A stretch of DNA of 64,000 bases from an uncultured Actinomycetota bacterium (GTDB lineage Bacteria > Actinomycetota > Actinomycetes > JAHEKZ01): the NCBI GenBank assembly GCA_963829525.1, contig CAWHIJ010000003.1, positions 256,001-320,000 on the forward strand, given 5' to 3'. Positions 9,359 to 20,823 of the stretch are shown here, piece by piece. A program made the translations under genes and the position numbers. Each line of letters starts with the position of its first letter. Within the stretch, counting starts at the first letter, position 1. Below the pieces are notes generated by a model. The model searched no databases, was not told the DNA's origin, and was given only the letters and a program-made list of their open reading frames with translations.

Positions 9359-10341
9359 GCTGGGGTACCGCCTCCTGGAGTTGCGGTCCGGTGGGCCATC
9401 TCGCGCGCCGCCTCAAGGTAGGAAAGCGCTCCACTACTGCCTGGATCGTAGGTTAGAACGGTCTGGCTGTAACTCGGCGCCTCCGACACGCGTACCGATC
9501 GCGGAATGGCAGTGGCCAGGACCACTTCACCGAAGTGCTCGCGCACCTCCTCGGCCACCTGAGCCGCAAGCCGGGTACGACCGTCATACATGGTCAGCAG
9601 GATGGTCGATACCGCGAGATCAGGGTTGAGGTGTGACTGGATGAGCTCGACGTTGCGAATGAGCTGCCCCAGACCCTCAAGGGCGTAGTACTCGCACTGA
9701 ATCGGGATCAGCACCTCACTGGCTGCTACGAAGGCATTGATGGTGAGCAGCCCCAACGAGGGCGGGCAGTCGACGAATACGAAGTCATAGGGGAGTCCTG
9801 CCTCAGCCGCCTCCTGCAGCAGGGCAGTCAAGGCGCGCTGAAGGCGGCTTTCCCTGGCCACCAATGAGACCAGCTCGATCTCGGCGCCAGCCAGATCGAT
9901 GGTGGCAGGAACGCATGCCAGGCCAGGGACCGCCTCGACCTCATGGAGCGCAAACGCCAGGCGCTCGCCCTCGATGAGTACCTCATAGACGCTCGGTTCC
10001 CCTGCATGGTGCGGGACGGCTAGCGCCGTCGACGCGTTCCCCTGCGGGTCGAGATCGATGACGAGGACCCGCAAACCGTGCATCGCCAGTGCGGCCGCGA
10101 TGTTGACCGTTGTCGTGGTCTTGCCGACGCCACCCTTCTGATTGGCGACCGTGAGGACCCTGGTCGAAGCTGGACGCGGCCAGATCTCGTTGCGCCCACC
10201 CCTGATCCGTGCTGCCACGGCCGCGGCAGCCGCGATTGGGGTCTCGTCTTCCGGAAGAGACTTGGTTTCACGTGAAACAACAGACTCCGCTGCGGTCAAC
10301 GGGTAGACCATCTCAGTTGGCGCTGGCGGGTCCTCGATCAT
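9355..10341 (-). CDS. parA: Chromosome partitioning ATPase ParA
   Basis: [26 protein letters not shown] and QCEYYALEG motifs. Exact start uncertain. Confidence 0.96.
   Translation of the reverse strand: MIEDPPAPTEMVYPLTAAESVVSRETKSLPEDETPIAAAAAVAARIRGGRNEIWPRPASTRVLTVANQKGGVGKTTTTVNIAAALAMHGLRVLVIDLDPQGNASTALAVPHHAGEPSVYEVLIEGERLAFALHEVEAVPGLACVPATIDLAGAEIELVSLVARESRLQRALTALLQEAAEAGLPYDFVFVDCPPSLGLLTINAFVAASEVLIPIQCEYYALEGLGQLIRNVELIQSHLNPDLAVSTILLTMYDGRTRLAAQVAEEVREHFGEVVLATAIPRSVRVSEAPSYSQTVLTYDPGSSGALSYLEAAREMAHRTATPGGGTPA
10265..10278. other. parS site
   Basis: Perfect palindrome GTTTCACGTGAAAC inside the parA 5' region. Confidence 0.92.
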
Positions 10342-11012
10342 GCATCCTCCGCTGGAGAGTCCGATGGACGGGCAGTCCGGACGATATGCGTCACGCTACC
10401 CCCTTCGCCCGAGACCAGGACTTCTCGGTCGACGACTCCCCAACGATCGAGCGCACTTGCGGCCGCGGAGAGCTCGGCGGCGGCGCTGGCCCCTTTCTGG
10501 GCCAGCAGAACGCCACCCGGTCGAAGCAATGGCATCGCCCAACCAATGAGCCGATCGAGGGGGGCGACCGCTCTGGCCACGACCACGTCATGTCCGGGAG
10601 CCTGCCGCGCATAATCCTCTGCCCTTGCCCGCACCACAGTGACGCCGGACAGCTGCAGGTCAGCCACCACCTCCTCGAGGAAGGTCGCTCGGCGCAGGAG
10701 CGGTTCGAGGAGAACCATCGGACAATCCGGTCTGAGCAGCGCCAGCACTAGTCCAGGCAGGCCTGCTCCCGATCCGAGATCGCAGACGTTCCCGCTGAGC
10801 GGCAGGTAGTCGTCAACGACGGCGCAGTTAAGAAGGTGCCGGCTCCAGATTCGGTCTACTTCCCTCGGTCCAAGCAGACCCCGCTCGACACCGGGACCTG
10901 CCAGCCACCCTGCGTACCGCTCGGCCTTGGCTGTCGCAATACCGAACCGCGCTCGGGCCTCAGGTGGCGCCGAAAGAGACGAAACAGGCGTCGGTGGTTT
11001 CACGTGAAACAA
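10338..11012 (-). CDS. rsmG: 16S rRNA m7G527 methyltransferase RsmG/GidB
   Basis: GVERGLLGPRE..RIW.RHLLNC, DLGSGAGLPG and VVARAVAPL motifs. Start uncertain (TTG 11012 or a later GTG). Confidence 0.93.
   Translation of the reverse strand: MFHVKPPTPVSSLSAPPEARARFGIATAKAERYAGWLAGPGVERGLLGPREVDRIWSRHLLNCAVVDDYLPLSGNVCDLGSGAGLPGLVLALLRPDCPMVLLEPLLRRATFLEEVVADLQLSGVTVVRARAEDYARQAPGHDVVVARAVAPLDRLIGWAMPLLRPGGVLLAQKGASAAAELSAAASALDRWGVVDREVLVSGEGGSVTHIVRTARPSDSPAEDA
10997..11010. other. parS site
   Basis: Perfect palindrome GTTTCACGTGAAAC at the rsmG 5' end. Confidence 0.92.
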
Positions 11013-11052
11013 CCGTGCTGCATCAGCACCACCCGAGCGGGTCCACCATGAG

Positions 11053-11613
11053 TCAGGAGGGTAGAATGACGACGTAGCGGTTGGGTTCTTGACCCTCCGA
11101 CTCACTCGTCAGGCCGGCAGCCGCCACCGCATCGTGCACGATCTTTCGCTCAAACGGGGTCATCGGCTCGAGGCTGACCGGTTTCCCGGTCTCCTGAGCC
11201 GTGGCGGCTGCCGAGGCGCCTGCCAATGTCAATGCCTCTCGTTTGCCCTGGCGCCAGCCGGCGACATCGAGCATCAACCGGCTCCGCTCCCCCGTCTCGC
11301 GCAGGACCGCGAGCCTGGTCAACTCTTGCAGGGCGTCGACGACGGCCCCTTCCTCGCCCACCAGGTGGTCGAGGTTTCCACCGACGAGCGACACCATGGC
11401 GCGCTCACCCTCAACGTCCATGTCGATGTCACCATCGAGATCGGCAATGTCCAAGAGCTCTTCGATGTAGTCGGCAGCGACGTCACCCTCACGTTCGAGC
11501 CGTTGCGCCAACGTCGGCGCCGCGCCAGCCTCCGCGGCCGGCGTGACCTCGGCTGCGGTTTCGGCTGCCGTCTCGGTCGCGACCTCGGTCGCAGTCTCGG
11601 TGGTCTCGCTCAC
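11053..11613 (-). CDS. jag: Jag/KhpB (EloR)-family KH + R3H RNA-binding protein
   Basis: EGDVAADYIEELLDIADLDGDID and PMTPFERKIVHDAV (R3H) motifs; downstream of yidC. Confidence 0.9.
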   Translation of the reverse strand: MSETTETATEVATETAAETAAEVTPAAEAGAAPTLAQRLEREGDVAADYIEELLDIADLDGDIDMDVEGERAMVSLVGGNLDHLVGEEGAVVDALQELTRLAVLRETGERSRLMLDVAGWRQGKREALTLAGASAAATAQETGKPVSLEPMTPFERKIVHDAVAAAGLTSESEGQEPNRYVVILPS

Positions 11614-12581
11614 GGTGTCTCCTCGTTCGGGCTGGGCTCGGCGCCGCCGGTACGCCTCTTACGCTGGCTGCGCGGTTTCCGCTTTGGCTGGTTGCGGACA
11701 ACTTTCGGCTCGGCTGCGGGTGCTTCCTCAATGATGGTCGGAGCACCTCCGTCTGCTCCCCCCCGCTTGGCGGCTTTGCGCGCCTGGCGTTCCTCCCACT
11801 CGGTGAACGCCTGACTGCCGGGCGCTGGGTTGTTGCGAATCACGTAGTACTGCTGCCCCATGGACCAGACGTTGGTCGTCAGCCAGTAGATCAACACCCC
11901 GATGGGGAAGTTGATCCCGAAGATGGCGAACATGAAGGGGAAGACGTAGACGAGTAGCTTCTGCTGCTGCAGGAAGGGATTGGAGTCAGCGTTGGCGATT
12001 CCCTTCACCATGAGCTGCTTCTGGGTGATGAAGGTGGTCAGCGTCATCAGGGCAATTAGGACAAGCGAGACAATTCGGATGTTGAGCATCTCGGTGGGGT
12101 ACTGCGAGGCGTCCATGAAGGACGCAGAGATCGGTGCGCCGAAGATGGTCGCCTGGGCTGCCGAGTCGACCAGCGACTGCGTCATCGGGCCGATCGGGTT
12201 ATCGTCGGCAACTCCGAACTTCAGGACGTGGAAGAGCGCGAAGAAGATCGGCATCTGCAAGATGATCGGCAAGCACGACGAGAAGGGGTTCGTTCCGTTC
12301 TCGCGGTAGAGCTTCATCATCTCTTCGGACTGCTTCTGGCGATCGTCCTTGTACCGCTTCTGGAGCGCCTTGATCTCCGGCTGCAGGATCTGCAAGGCGC
12401 GCTGCGCCTTGATCTGCTTGACGAAAAGCGGAATCAGCAAGATCCGGATGACCAGAACTAACCCGACGATGGACAGCGCCCATGCCGCTCCGCTGTCCCG
12501 CGGAAAAATCAGGCTCCAGAACGAGTGCCACTGGACTAGGACCCAGGCGACGGCGTAATAGAGCGGATCAAGCAGACCCAT
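11610..12581 (-). CDS. yidC: Membrane protein insertase YidC
   Basis: [35 protein letters not shown] and LIYWLTTN motifs. Confidence 0.96.
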   Translation of the reverse strand: MGLLDPLYYAVAWVLVQWHSFWSLIFPRDSGAAWALSIVGLVLVIRILLIPLFVKQIKAQRALQILQPEIKALQKRYKDDRQKQSEEMMKLYRENGTNPFSSCLPIILQMPIFFALFHVLKFGVADDNPIGPMTQSLVDSAAQATIFGAPISASFMDASQYPTEMLNIRIVSLVLIALMTLTTFITQKQLMVKGIANADSNPFLQQQKLLVYVFPFMFAIFGINFPIGVLIYWLTTNVWSMGQQYYVIRNNPAPGSQAFTEWEERQARKAAKRGGADGGAPTIIEEAPAAEPKVVRNQPKRKPRSQRKRRTGGAEPSPNEETP

Positions 12582-12855
12582 GGGTCACGCTCCTTGTGAC
12601 TGGTGTCGTTGCGTCGCCGGGGTTTCGGGGCGGAACATGGTCGACGCCACCTGGCGTCCATGGGTGACAACGGGCCAGGCGGCGCAGAGCCAGCCAGCTG
12701 CCGCGCAGCACACCATGAGTCTTGAGGGCCTCCTCGGCATACGCCGAGCAGGAGGGGTAGTACCGGCAAGTCTGCGGCGTCAATGGCGAGATCAAGTTCC
12801 GGTAGACCCACAACGGGGCCAAGATGAAGCCCAGGAGAACACGGCGGACGCTCAC
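12568..12855 (-). CDS. yidD: Membrane protein insertion efficiency factor YidD
   Basis: ISPL...[10 protein letters not shown] and [14 protein letters not shown] motifs. Confidence 0.95.
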   Translation of the reverse strand: MSVRRVLLGFILAPLWVYRNLISPLTPQTCRYYPSCSAYAEEALKTHGVLRGSWLALRRLARCHPWTPGGVDHVPPRNPGDATTPVTRSVTHGSA

Positions 12856-13202
12856 GACGCCGCCGCAAAGCCCAGCCGGAGGGCCGCTTGCCCAAGATCG
12901 GTCGCCAGTTCCTCGGAGGTAGCCGTTGCCGCGCCGGGGAGTGCCCTGACGACCACGAGGTCACCCATGCCCCAGACTTGTACATCGTGTGCACACACAG
13001 CTCGCAGTCGACGACAGACCCGATGACGGATTACTGCGTTGCCCACCGCTTTGCTCACGATGAACCCCACTCGAGCCGGCTCTGCACAGTCTTGCCTGGA
13101 CCTCACGTGGAGAACGAGAGTCGGCCGCGAAGCCCGACGACCACGCCGAACGGCAGCGGTGAAGTCCGCACTCCGCCGCATTCGATGGGCTGAGGGGAGC
13201 AC
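12852..13202 (-). CDS. rnpA: Ribonuclease P protein component
   Basis: [23 protein letters not shown] motif. Confidence 0.95.
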   Translation of the reverse strand: MLPSAHRMRRSADFTAAVRRGRRASRPTLVLHVRSRQDCAEPARVGFIVSKAVGNAVIRHRVCRRLRAVCAHDVQVWGMGDLVVVRALPGAATATSEELATDLGQAALRLGFAAAS

Positions 13203-13205
13203 CGG

Positions 13206-13343
13206 TCAGGCGGCGAGGCGGGCGCGGCCCTTACGGCGACGCGCCGAAAGGATGGAGCGGCCAGCGCGGGTGCGCATGCGGAGCCGGAAGCCGTGGGTCT
13301 TGGCCCGGCGCCGATTGTTGGGCTGGAACGTACGCTTGGACAC
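13206..13343 (-). CDS. rpmH: 50S ribosomal protein L34
   Basis: [29 protein letters not shown]; GTG start at 13343. Confidence 0.98.
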   Translation of the reverse strand: MSKRTFQPNNRRRAKTHGFRLRMRTRAGRSILSARRRKGRARLAA

Positions 13344-13620
13344 GAGGGGCTCCGAGGTCTGACTGGTGGGGCAGGGCGGGGGCAGCCCCCGCGGGGCAGC
13401 TACCACAGTACTGCAAGTGAGGCGGGCAGCGGTCTACCGTACAACGCCGGACCGGGGGTGGGTCAAACCGGACGCTGAGTGGCGGCCGCCGACGGGGCCT
13501 GAACTCGCCCGAGAACCAAGCTCAGGTGCGACCGCCCTCTGGGTAACTTTCCATTGTTTCGAACTCTTGCTCGGGGGTGGGGGAGACACGCCGCAGATCG
13601 CTCGCTACGGTGGCGGTAGT

Positions 13621-13790
13621 TGTGGACAACCGCTGGACGCCATCGGTTCAGCCCGGTAGCGTCCGCCCGCGTACGTCAGGTCAACCGGCCACCGGCCGGC
13701 GCGACCCGATATCGCTGATCTGTCCCACCCACAGCCTGTGGATGAACGTGTGGATCTAGGCCCTGACCTGCGAACTTCGCTTGTGGATGA
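13621..13790. promoter_or_regulatory. DnaA-box cluster in the dnaA promoter region
   Basis: TGTGGACAA (13621, perfect TTGTCCACA on the minus strand), TGTGGATGA (13737 and 13782), TGTGGATCT (13749). Confidence 0.8.
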
Positions 13791-13830
13791 CAGATCGTAG
13801 GAGAGCTCGGGGAGGAGTGGAAGGCCGCCT

Positions 13831-15258
13831 GTGACCACGCAGACCCAAGACCTGGCCACCGTCTGGAACCGGGTGCTCGACACCCTGGCAGACGAGGCCG
13901 GCCCGCAGGCCGGCGCATTTTTGCGCCTCACCCGCCCTGTGGGGGTGGTCGAGGACACCGCCCTCCTCGCCGCCCCCAACGAGTTCACCAAGGACCTCAT
14001 CGAGAGTCGACTGCGACCTCATGTCACCGAGGTTCTCTCCCGCGAGCTCGGCCGAGAGGTCCGTATCGCCGTGACCGTCGAGCCTGAGCTCGCCAATGAG
14101 CACCCCGGCACAGACGATGACGAGTTGGATGCAGAGACCCTTGCCGCAGACGCCGTCCGAATCTCCGACGATCCCGCCACCCGCCCCGGGACCGGGTCTC
14201 CGGTTCCCCGATTCGACTCCGACTCGCGCCTGAACCCGAAATACACATTCGACACGTTTGTCATCGGGGCAAGCAACCGTTTTGCACACGCCGCTGCCGT
14301 GGCGGTCGCCGAGGCACCAGCCAAGGCGTACAACCCCCTCTTCATCTATGGCGGTTCAGGGCTGGGAAAGACTCACCTACTGCACGCGATTGGGCACTAC
14401 GCCCGCAACCTCTATGCCGGAACGCGAGTCCTCTATGTGAGCTCTGAGGAGTTCACCAATGACTTCATCAACTCGATTCGCGACGACAAAGCTCAAGCAT
14501 TTCAACGCCGCTATCGCGATATCGACGTCCTGCTGATCGACGATATCCAGTTCCTGCAAGGGCGTGTGCAGACTCAGGAGGAGTTCTTCCATACGTTCAA
14601 CACACTCCACACCGCGAACAAGCAGATCGTCATCACCAGCGACGTTTCACCGCAGCAACTCTCCGGTTTCGAGGACCGCATGCGAACCAGGTTCACCTGG
14701 GGTCTGACCACCGACGTACAACCACCTGACCTCGAGACCAGAATCGCGATTCTTCGTAAGAAGGCGGCCCAGGAGAAGCTCCAAGCGCCTCCGGAGGTCC
14801 TGGAGTTCATCGCCAGCAAGATCGCCACCAACATCCGTGAGCTTGAGGGCGCCCTGATTCGAGTCACGGCGTTTGCCAGCCTGAATCGGCAGCCGGTCGA
14901 CCTTGCGCTTGCCGAGATCGTGCTCAAGGACCTGATTCCTGAGAGCAGCGGTCCTGAGGTGACCAGCGCACTGATCATGGCCCAGACCGCCGCCTATTTT
15001 GGGCTTACCTTGGACGACCTCTGTGGCTCCAGTCGCTCGCGAGTGTTGGTGAACGCCCGTCAGATCGCCATGTACCTGTGCCGAGAGCTCACCGACCTGT
15101 CCCTGCCGAAGATCGGCCAACAGTTCGGCGGTCGTGACCACACCACGGTCATGCATGCCGATCGTAAGATTCGCCAACTGATGGCCGAGCGACGCAGCGT
15201 CTACAACCAGGTCACCGAGCTGACCAACCGGATCAAGTCCCAGGCGCGGCAGGGCTGA
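13831..15258 (+). CDS. dnaA: Chromosomal replication initiator DnaA
   Basis: [38 protein letters not shown] and [11 protein letters not shown] motifs. Confidence 0.99.
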   Translation: MTTQTQDLATVWNRVLDTLADEAGPQAGAFLRLTRPVGVVEDTALLAAPNEFTKDLIESRLRPHVTEVLSRELGREVRIAVTVEPELANEHPGTDDDELDAETLAADAVRISDDPATRPGTGSPVPRFDSDSRLNPKYTFDTFVIGASNRFAHAAAVAVAEAPAKAYNPLFIYGGSGLGKTHLLHAIGHYARNLYAGTRVLYVSSEEFTNDFINSIRDDKAQAFQRRYRDIDVLLIDDIQFLQGRVQTQEEFFHTFNTLHTANKQIVITSDVSPQQLSGFEDRMRTRFTWGLTTDVQPPDLETRIAILRKKAAQEKLQAPPEVLEFIASKIATNIRELEGALIRVTAFASLNRQPVDLALAEIVLKDLIPESSGPEVTSALIMAQTAAYFGLTLDDLCGSSRSRVLVNARQIAMYLCRELTDLSLPKIGQQFGGRDHTTVMHADRKIRQLMAERRSVYNQVTELTNRIKSQARQG

Positions 15259-15650
15259 GGATCGTGACCGACCGTCCAGATCCAGTCATCACGCTGGGTA
15301 CACACGCTGGGGACAACCCTGTGGACGATGTGGGGTTGGTCGTGGGTTACCTGGGGACGAACGGTGGATGTCGCCGGTTGTTCACTTCGTCGTCCACTGC
15401 TCATCCCCGAGAAGTCGCCCAGGCTTCACAGCGCCCTGTGGACACCAATCACCGGGCTGACCTGCGACAACAGCGGCCGTCCCCACTATCCACCACACCG
15501 ACTACGACGACGATTACTCCTTCATCACTCCACCAAAGCACCGCAATAGGCCAGACCCAAAACCAATACAGCTCGTCACGTAGAGTGACCGACCGGATGC
15601 CGGTACTCTCATGCGTCCGGCGTCCAACGCCCTAATCCGGAGGATCTTTC
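15259..15650. other. Replication origin oriC (dnaA-dnaN intergenic)
   Basis: Multiple degenerate DnaA boxes (15308, 15320, 15352, 15378, 15390, 15437, 15486) followed by the trinucleotide run GACTACGACGACGATTAC (15500-15517). Confidence 0.85.
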
Positions 15651-16799
15651 GTGAAGTTCCGCGTCGACCGCGACGTTTTCGCCGAGGCAGTTGCCTGGGC
15701 CGCGCGCAGCCTGCCCACCCGCCCGCCCCTTCCGGTGCTTGCCGGCCTGTTGATTGACGCCGGAGACGACGGCTTGACCCTGAGCTCGTTCGACTACGAG
15801 GTCTCTGCCCGGGTAGAAGTACCGGCCGACGTGAGCGAGCCAGGCTCGATCTTGGTCTCTGGACGACTACTGGCTGACATCACCCGCAGCCTTCCGGACC
15901 GACCGGTGGAGGTGGCGACGGAGGAGAGTGAGCGCAAGGCACAACTTGTCTGTGGAACGTCGAGATTTAGCTTGCAGACCTTGCCCCGTGAGGACTATCC
16001 GTCGCTGCCGGCCATGCCAGACGCTGCCGGGACCCTGCCGGGGGAGGCATTTGCTGCAGCTGTCGGTCAGGTGGCTGTCGCCGTCGGGCGCGACGACACC
16101 CTTCCGGTCTTGACGGGGATTCGGGTTGAGTTCGAGGGTGACCGACTGGTGCTGGCGGCGACTGACCGCTATCGCCTAGCGGTGCGCGAGCTGCAGTGGA
16201 CTCCTGGACGGACCGATCTGACGACTGTTGCGCTGGTTCAGGGACGTTCGTTAGCCGACACGGCGCGAGCACTCGCCGACGCCGCCACCGTGACGATTGC
16301 CCTCAGCGGAAGCGGTGCTGGAGAGGGCCTCATCGGCTTCGAGGGCGCTGCGGGCAGCGAGAGCCGACGCACCACGAACCGTCTGTTGGACGGCGAGTTT
16401 CCGAAGTACCGTGCGCTGCTGCCGTCTGAGTCGAGCTCGATAGCCGTTGTCGAATCGGCCGCGCTCCTCGAGACGGTCAAGCGCGTCGCCCTGGTGGCGG
16501 ATCGGAACACTCCAGTGCGCCTGTCCTTCGAGGAGGGGCAGCTCGTTGTTGAGGCAGGAGCAGGGGACGAGGCGCAGGCGGTTGAGACGTTGACCTGCGC
16601 CTACTCCGGAGACCCGCTGACGATTGCGTTCAACCCGCAGTTCCTACAGGAAGGCATCGGTGCACTGGGAACGGCGCACACCGAGATCTCCTTCACCACG
16701 TCGACCAAACCGGCTGTGATTGCTGGACGGATCGATCCAGAGAAGCCGAGCGACGGCAGCTACCGGTACCTGATCATGCCGGTGCGTCTCTCCGGCTGA
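15651..16799 (+). CDS. dnaN: DNA polymerase III beta sliding clamp
   Basis: MKFRVDRDVFAEAVAW, SSFDYEVS, ATDRYRLA, IAFNP and YLIMPVRL motifs. Confidence 0.98.
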   Translation: MKFRVDRDVFAEAVAWAARSLPTRPPLPVLAGLLIDAGDDGLTLSSFDYEVSARVEVPADVSEPGSILVSGRLLADITRSLPDRPVEVATEESERKAQLVCGTSRFSLQTLPREDYPSLPAMPDAAGTLPGEAFAAAVGQVAVAVGRDDTLPVLTGIRVEFEGDRLVLAATDRYRLAVRELQWTPGRTDLTTVALVQGRSLADTARALADAATVTIALSGSGAGEGLIGFEGAAGSESRRTTNRLLDGEFPKYRALLPSESSSIAVVESAALLETVKRVALVADRNTPVRLSFEEGQLVVEAGAGDEAQAVETLTCAYSGDPLTIAFNPQFLQEGIGALGTAHTEISFTTSTKPAVIAGRIDPEKPSDGSYRYLIMPVRLSG

Positions 16800-16809
16800 G
16801 CCGGCACTG

Positions 16810-17937
16810 GTGTTCGTTGCAGCGCTCGAGCTGGTCGACTTCCGTTCGTACGCGCTCGTGCAAATCGATCTGGAGCCAGGGGTAACGGTACTGGTCGGCC
16901 GCAACGGACAAGGAAAGACGAACATCGCGGAGGCTATTGGCTACCTGGCCACTCTCGGTAGCCACCGAGTGGCGTCCGACCAGCCGTTGGTTCGCCGTGG
17001 TGCAGAGCGAGCAGTCGTGCGTGCTGCGGTGGAGCGACTCGGTAGGCGACTGCTGCTGGAGATCGAAATCGTTCCGGGCAAGAGCAATCGCGCACGAATC
17101 AACAAGTCACCACTGCCGCGACCACGGGAGATGCTGGGAGTTCTACGCGCTGTTGTGTTCGCACCGGAGGATCTTGGGCTCGTGCGAGGAGATCCTGACT
17201 CGCGCCGAGGATTTCTAGACGACCTGATGATCTTGCGAACGCCTCGACTCGCCGGTGTGAAGTCTGACTACGACCGAATGTTGAAGCAACGAAACGCTCT
17301 CCTCAAGAGCGCGGCTGCCACTCGCGGCTCGTTCGACGCAACGACGTTGGCGGTGTGGAACGACCACCTTGTGCAGTTGGGCAGCGAGGTACTTCAAGCG
17401 AGGCTGGCATTGGTTTCTGAGCTTCGCGCACCGGTTGGGAAGGCTTATGCCGACCTGGCCCCGACAGGTGGTGACACGGGGCTCGACTACAAGGCGTCTT
17501 GGTGCGATGGGTCGCCCCTGGATCATCTGACCTCTCGCGGCGAGATCGCTGCAGAGCTACGCCTGGCGCTCGAACGCGTGGAGCGTGAGGAACTTCAAAG
17601 GGGTGTGACGCTGACCGGACCACACCGCGACGACTTGGTCTTGCTTCTCGGCGACCATCCCGCAAAGGGTTATGCGTCGCACGGAGAGTCGTGGTCGATG
17701 GTGCTGTCGCTCCGTCTGGCGGCGTTCGAGCTGCTGCGGGCCGACGGCGACGACCCAGTGCTCATCCTCGATGACGTCTTTGCTGAGCTTGATTCAACGC
17801 GGCGTGACCGACTTGCGCAGATGGTCTGTGGTGCCGAGCAGGTGTTGGTCACTGCTGCCGTCGCAGAGGACATCCCCGTTACGCTTTCGGGGAGCCGGTT
17901 CACTGTCGACTCCGGGCAGGTGCGACGTGAGTTCTGA
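16810..17937 (+). CDS. recF: DNA replication/repair protein RecF
   Basis: GRNGQGKTN, GPHRDDL, ASHGESWS and LILDDVFAELD motifs. Confidence 0.97.
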   Translation: MFVAALELVDFRSYALVQIDLEPGVTVLVGRNGQGKTNIAEAIGYLATLGSHRVASDQPLVRRGAERAVVRAAVERLGRRLLLEIEIVPGKSNRARINKSPLPRPREMLGVLRAVVFAPEDLGLVRGDPDSRRGFLDDLMILRTPRLAGVKSDYDRMLKQRNALLKSAAATRGSFDATTLAVWNDHLVQLGSEVLQARLALVSELRAPVGKAYADLAPTGGDTGLDYKASWCDGSPLDHLTSRGEIAAELRLALERVEREELQRGVTLTGPHRDDLVLLLGDHPAKGYASHGESWSMVLSLRLAAFELLRADGDDPVLILDDVFAELDSTRRDRLAQMVCGAEQVLVTAAVAEDIPVTLSGSRFTVDSGQVRREF

Positions 17938-18523
17938 AGATGTGCGCCGTGGTGATGATTCATCGAGCGACCCAACGGCCGAGCAAGAGGCTGCCGCCCC
18001 AGAGGGGGCTACCCCGGAGGGGTCGGACCTGAGCCGATCGCTGCTGGCACAGGTACGGGCCGCGTCTAGATCAGCGCCAGCCAAGGCCCGCAGTGCCGGC
18101 CGGTCCCCACGCCGTCGCTGGCGCAGCAACAGTGCTCCGGCCGCGTACTCTGGCACCGGCCCAGACGACCGTGATCCCCAGCCGATCGCAGTCTCGGTCG
18201 ATGACTTGGTGAGCGAGCGAGGCTGGTCCGAACCCATCGCCGTCGGTGGTGTGGAGGGTCGCTGGTCTCAGATCGTGGGAGATGACATCGCTGGGCACTG
18301 TGTCCCCGAGGAGTTCGAGGCCGGGCGCCTCACCGTCCGAACCGACTCGACTGCCTGGGCCACCCAGGTGCGGATGTTGGCCCCCACCTTGCTGGCGCGG
18401 CTCAACAACGAGCTGGGTGCCGGCACCGTCACCCACCTTCAGGTCCTGGGGCCGGAGGGGCCGTCGTGGAAGAAGGGGCGGCTCCGGGTCAAGGGTCGGG
18501 GCCCGCGAGACACTTACGGTTGA
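17927..18523 (+). CDS. DUF721 / DciA-family protein
   Basis: DDRDPQ, W.QIVG.DIA.HC.P and DSTAWATQVR motifs; between recF and gyrB. GTG start at 17927. Confidence 0.88.
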   Translation: MSSEDVRRGDDSSSDPTAEQEAAAPEGATPEGSDLSRSLLAQVRAASRSAPAKARSAGRSPRRRWRSNSAPAAYSGTGPDDRDPQPIAVSVDDLVSERGWSEPIAVGGVEGRWSQIVGDDIAGHCVPEEFEAGRLTVRTDSTAWATQVRMLAPTLLARLNNELGAGTVTHLQVLGPEGPSWKKGRLRVKGRGPRDTYG

Positions 18524-18799
18524 GGGTGTCGAACGGGGGCCGCGAGACCCGGCAGATCGCTCGAAATCAGCCTTGCGCGTATGGAGGGTCGCCCCCCTGC
18601 TTGTTCGCGCCACCAGACCGGCGCCACCGGCCTGAGATAGGCATTCTGTCGTCCGTACCCGGTAGAATCAGATCACCGTCCACGTACGGCACAAACTGAC
18701 CGCTTCCTCACACCGCAACATCACCTTGGGCCGCTCCGCAGCAGACTCGAACCGATGAGAACAGCTGAGCACGGAGTGGCCCTTGATCGGAGCCGACTG

Positions 18800-20776
18800 T
18801 TGTCCTACGACGCCACTGACATCCAGGTCCTCGAGGGCCTTGACGCGGTACGCAAGCGGCCTGGCATGTACATCGGCTCCACCGGTGAGCGAGGGTTGCA
18901 CCACTTGGTCCAGGAAGTCGTCGACAACTCCGTCGACGAAGCAATGGCTGGGTACGCCGACCACATCACCGTGACCCTGCGCGAGGACGGATCGGTGCGC
19001 GTCGTCGACAACGGCCGCGGCATACCCGTTGACCTGCATCCGGTCGAGAAGCGTCCTGCGGTCGAGGTTGTGTTGACCGTGCTTCACGCTGGGGGAAAGT
19101 TCGGCGGTGGCGGCTACTCGGTCTCCGGTGGCCTACACGGAGTCGGGGTCTCCGTTGTCAACGCGCTCTCCACCCGGCTTGATGTCGAGGTCTGTCGCGA
19201 CGGCCACGTGTGGCGCCAGTCGTATGAGCACGGAGTTCCGATGGCTCCGCTGGCCAAGGGCGAGGCGACCGAAGTCACAGGAACGACGATCACGTTCTGG
19301 GCGGACGAAGGGATTTTCGACAGCACGGTCTATTCGTTCGACACGCTCTCTCGGCGTCTTCAGGAGATGGCGTTCCTCAACCGCGCTCTGACCATCGAGC
19401 TGGTCGATGAAAGGATCGCGCCCCCTGCGACCGACGTGGACCCGTTGGTCGAGGACGAAGAGACTGTGCGATACGTGACTTATTACTACGAGGGCGGCAT
19501 CGCCGACTTCGTACGACACATCAACGCGCGCAGCAAGTCCGGGCCGGTGCACTCCAATGTCATCGAGTACGGCGCTGAGGATACCGAGCTTGGCATGAGT
19601 CTTGAGGTCGCCATGCAATGGAATGGGGACTACACCGAAGGTGTGCACACCTTCGCGAACACGATCAACACTCACGAAGGAGGCGCGCACGAAGAGGGTT
19701 TCCGTACGTCGCTTACATCGTTGATGAACCGCTACGCACGAGAGCGATGGAACCTGCTTAAGGACAAGGACCCGAATCTGTCGGGTGAAGACATTCGTGA
19801 AGGTCTGACAGCGATTGTCTCCATCAAGCTGCGCGAACCGCAGTTCGAAGGTCAGACGAAGACCAAGCTGGGCAACGCAGACGCGAAGACCTTCGTGCAG
19901 AAAGTCACCAACGATCAACTCGCCGCCTGGTTCGATGCGAACCCGGCTGAGGGCAAAGAAGTTGCGCGAAAGTCGATCAATGCCGCAACGGCGCGGATCG
20001 CCGCACGTAAGGCGCGCGACCTCGCCCGTAACCGCAAGGGCCTGCTGGGCGGTGGTGGTCTGCCTGGAAAGTTGATCGATTGCTCGTCGAACAACCCCGA
20101 GGAGTGCGAGGTCTTCGTCGTCGAAGGTGACTCCGCCGGTGGCAGCGCGCGCAACGGGCGCAATCCACAGACGCAGGCGATCTTGCCGATCCGCGGCAAG
20201 ATCCTCAATGTTGAGAAGGCACGGATCGACCGGGTGCTGCAGAACAACGAGGTCCAGGCAATGATCTCAGCGCTCGGCACGGGGGTTCATGAAGAGTTCG
20301 ATCTCGACAAGCTGCGCTACCACAAGATCGTGCTGATGGCTGACGCCGACGTCGATGGTCAACACATTCGCACTCTGCTGCTCACGCTGCTCTTCCGCTT
20401 CATGCGGCCCCTCATCGAAGAGGGGTACGTCTACTTGGCGCAGCCGCCACTGTTCAAGATCAAGTGGTCTCGCGAAGACGCGGAGTACGCCTATAGCGAC
20501 CGTGAGCGGGACGCGCTGCTCGAAGCCGGTGCGGCGGCGGGACGGAAGATCCCGAAGGAAGAGGGCATCCAGCGCTACAAGGGACTCGGAGAGATGAATG
20601 CCGACGAGCTCTGGGAGACCACCATGGACTCGCAGCGACGCATCCTTCTGCAAGTCACGCTCGAGGACGCCATCCAAGCTGACGAGACGTTCGCCACCCT
20701 CATGGGTGAGGACGTCGAGGCACGCCGAAGGTTCATCCAACGCAACGCCCGCGACGTGCGCTTCCTCGACATCTAG
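18800..20776 (+). CDS. gyrB: DNA gyrase subunit B
   Basis: [36 protein letters not shown] and DADVDG motifs. Start TTG 18800 has a GGAG RBS (ORF extends to 18755). Confidence 0.97.
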   Translation: MSYDATDIQVLEGLDAVRKRPGMYIGSTGERGLHHLVQEVVDNSVDEAMAGYADHITVTLREDGSVRVVDNGRGIPVDLHPVEKRPAVEVVLTVLHAGGKFGGGGYSVSGGLHGVGVSVVNALSTRLDVEVCRDGHVWRQSYEHGVPMAPLAKGEATEVTGTTITFWADEGIFDSTVYSFDTLSRRLQEMAFLNRALTIELVDERIAPPATDVDPLVEDEETVRYVTYYYEGGIADFVRHINARSKSGPVHSNVIEYGAEDTELGMSLEVAMQWNGDYTEGVHTFANTINTHEGGAHEEGFRTSLTSLMNRYARERWNLLKDKDPNLSGEDIREGLTAIVSIKLREPQFEGQTKTKLGNADAKTFVQKVTNDQLAAWFDANPAEGKEVARKSINAATARIAARKARDLARNRKGLLGGGGLPGKLIDCSSNNPEECEVFVVEGDSAGGSARNGRNPQTQAILPIRGKILNVEKARIDRVLQNNEVQAMISALGTGVHEEFDLDKLRYHKIVLMADADVDGQHIRTLLLTLLFRFMRPLIEEGYVYLAQPPLFKIKWSREDAEYAYSDRERDALLEAGAAAGRKIPKEEGIQRYKGLGEMNADELWETTMDSQRRILLQVTLEDAIQADETFATLMGEDVEARRRFIQRNARDVRFLDI

Positions 20777-20823
20777 GCCAACAGCTTCCCTAACCACCGA
20801 CACCCAGCGAACAGGGACACCAG

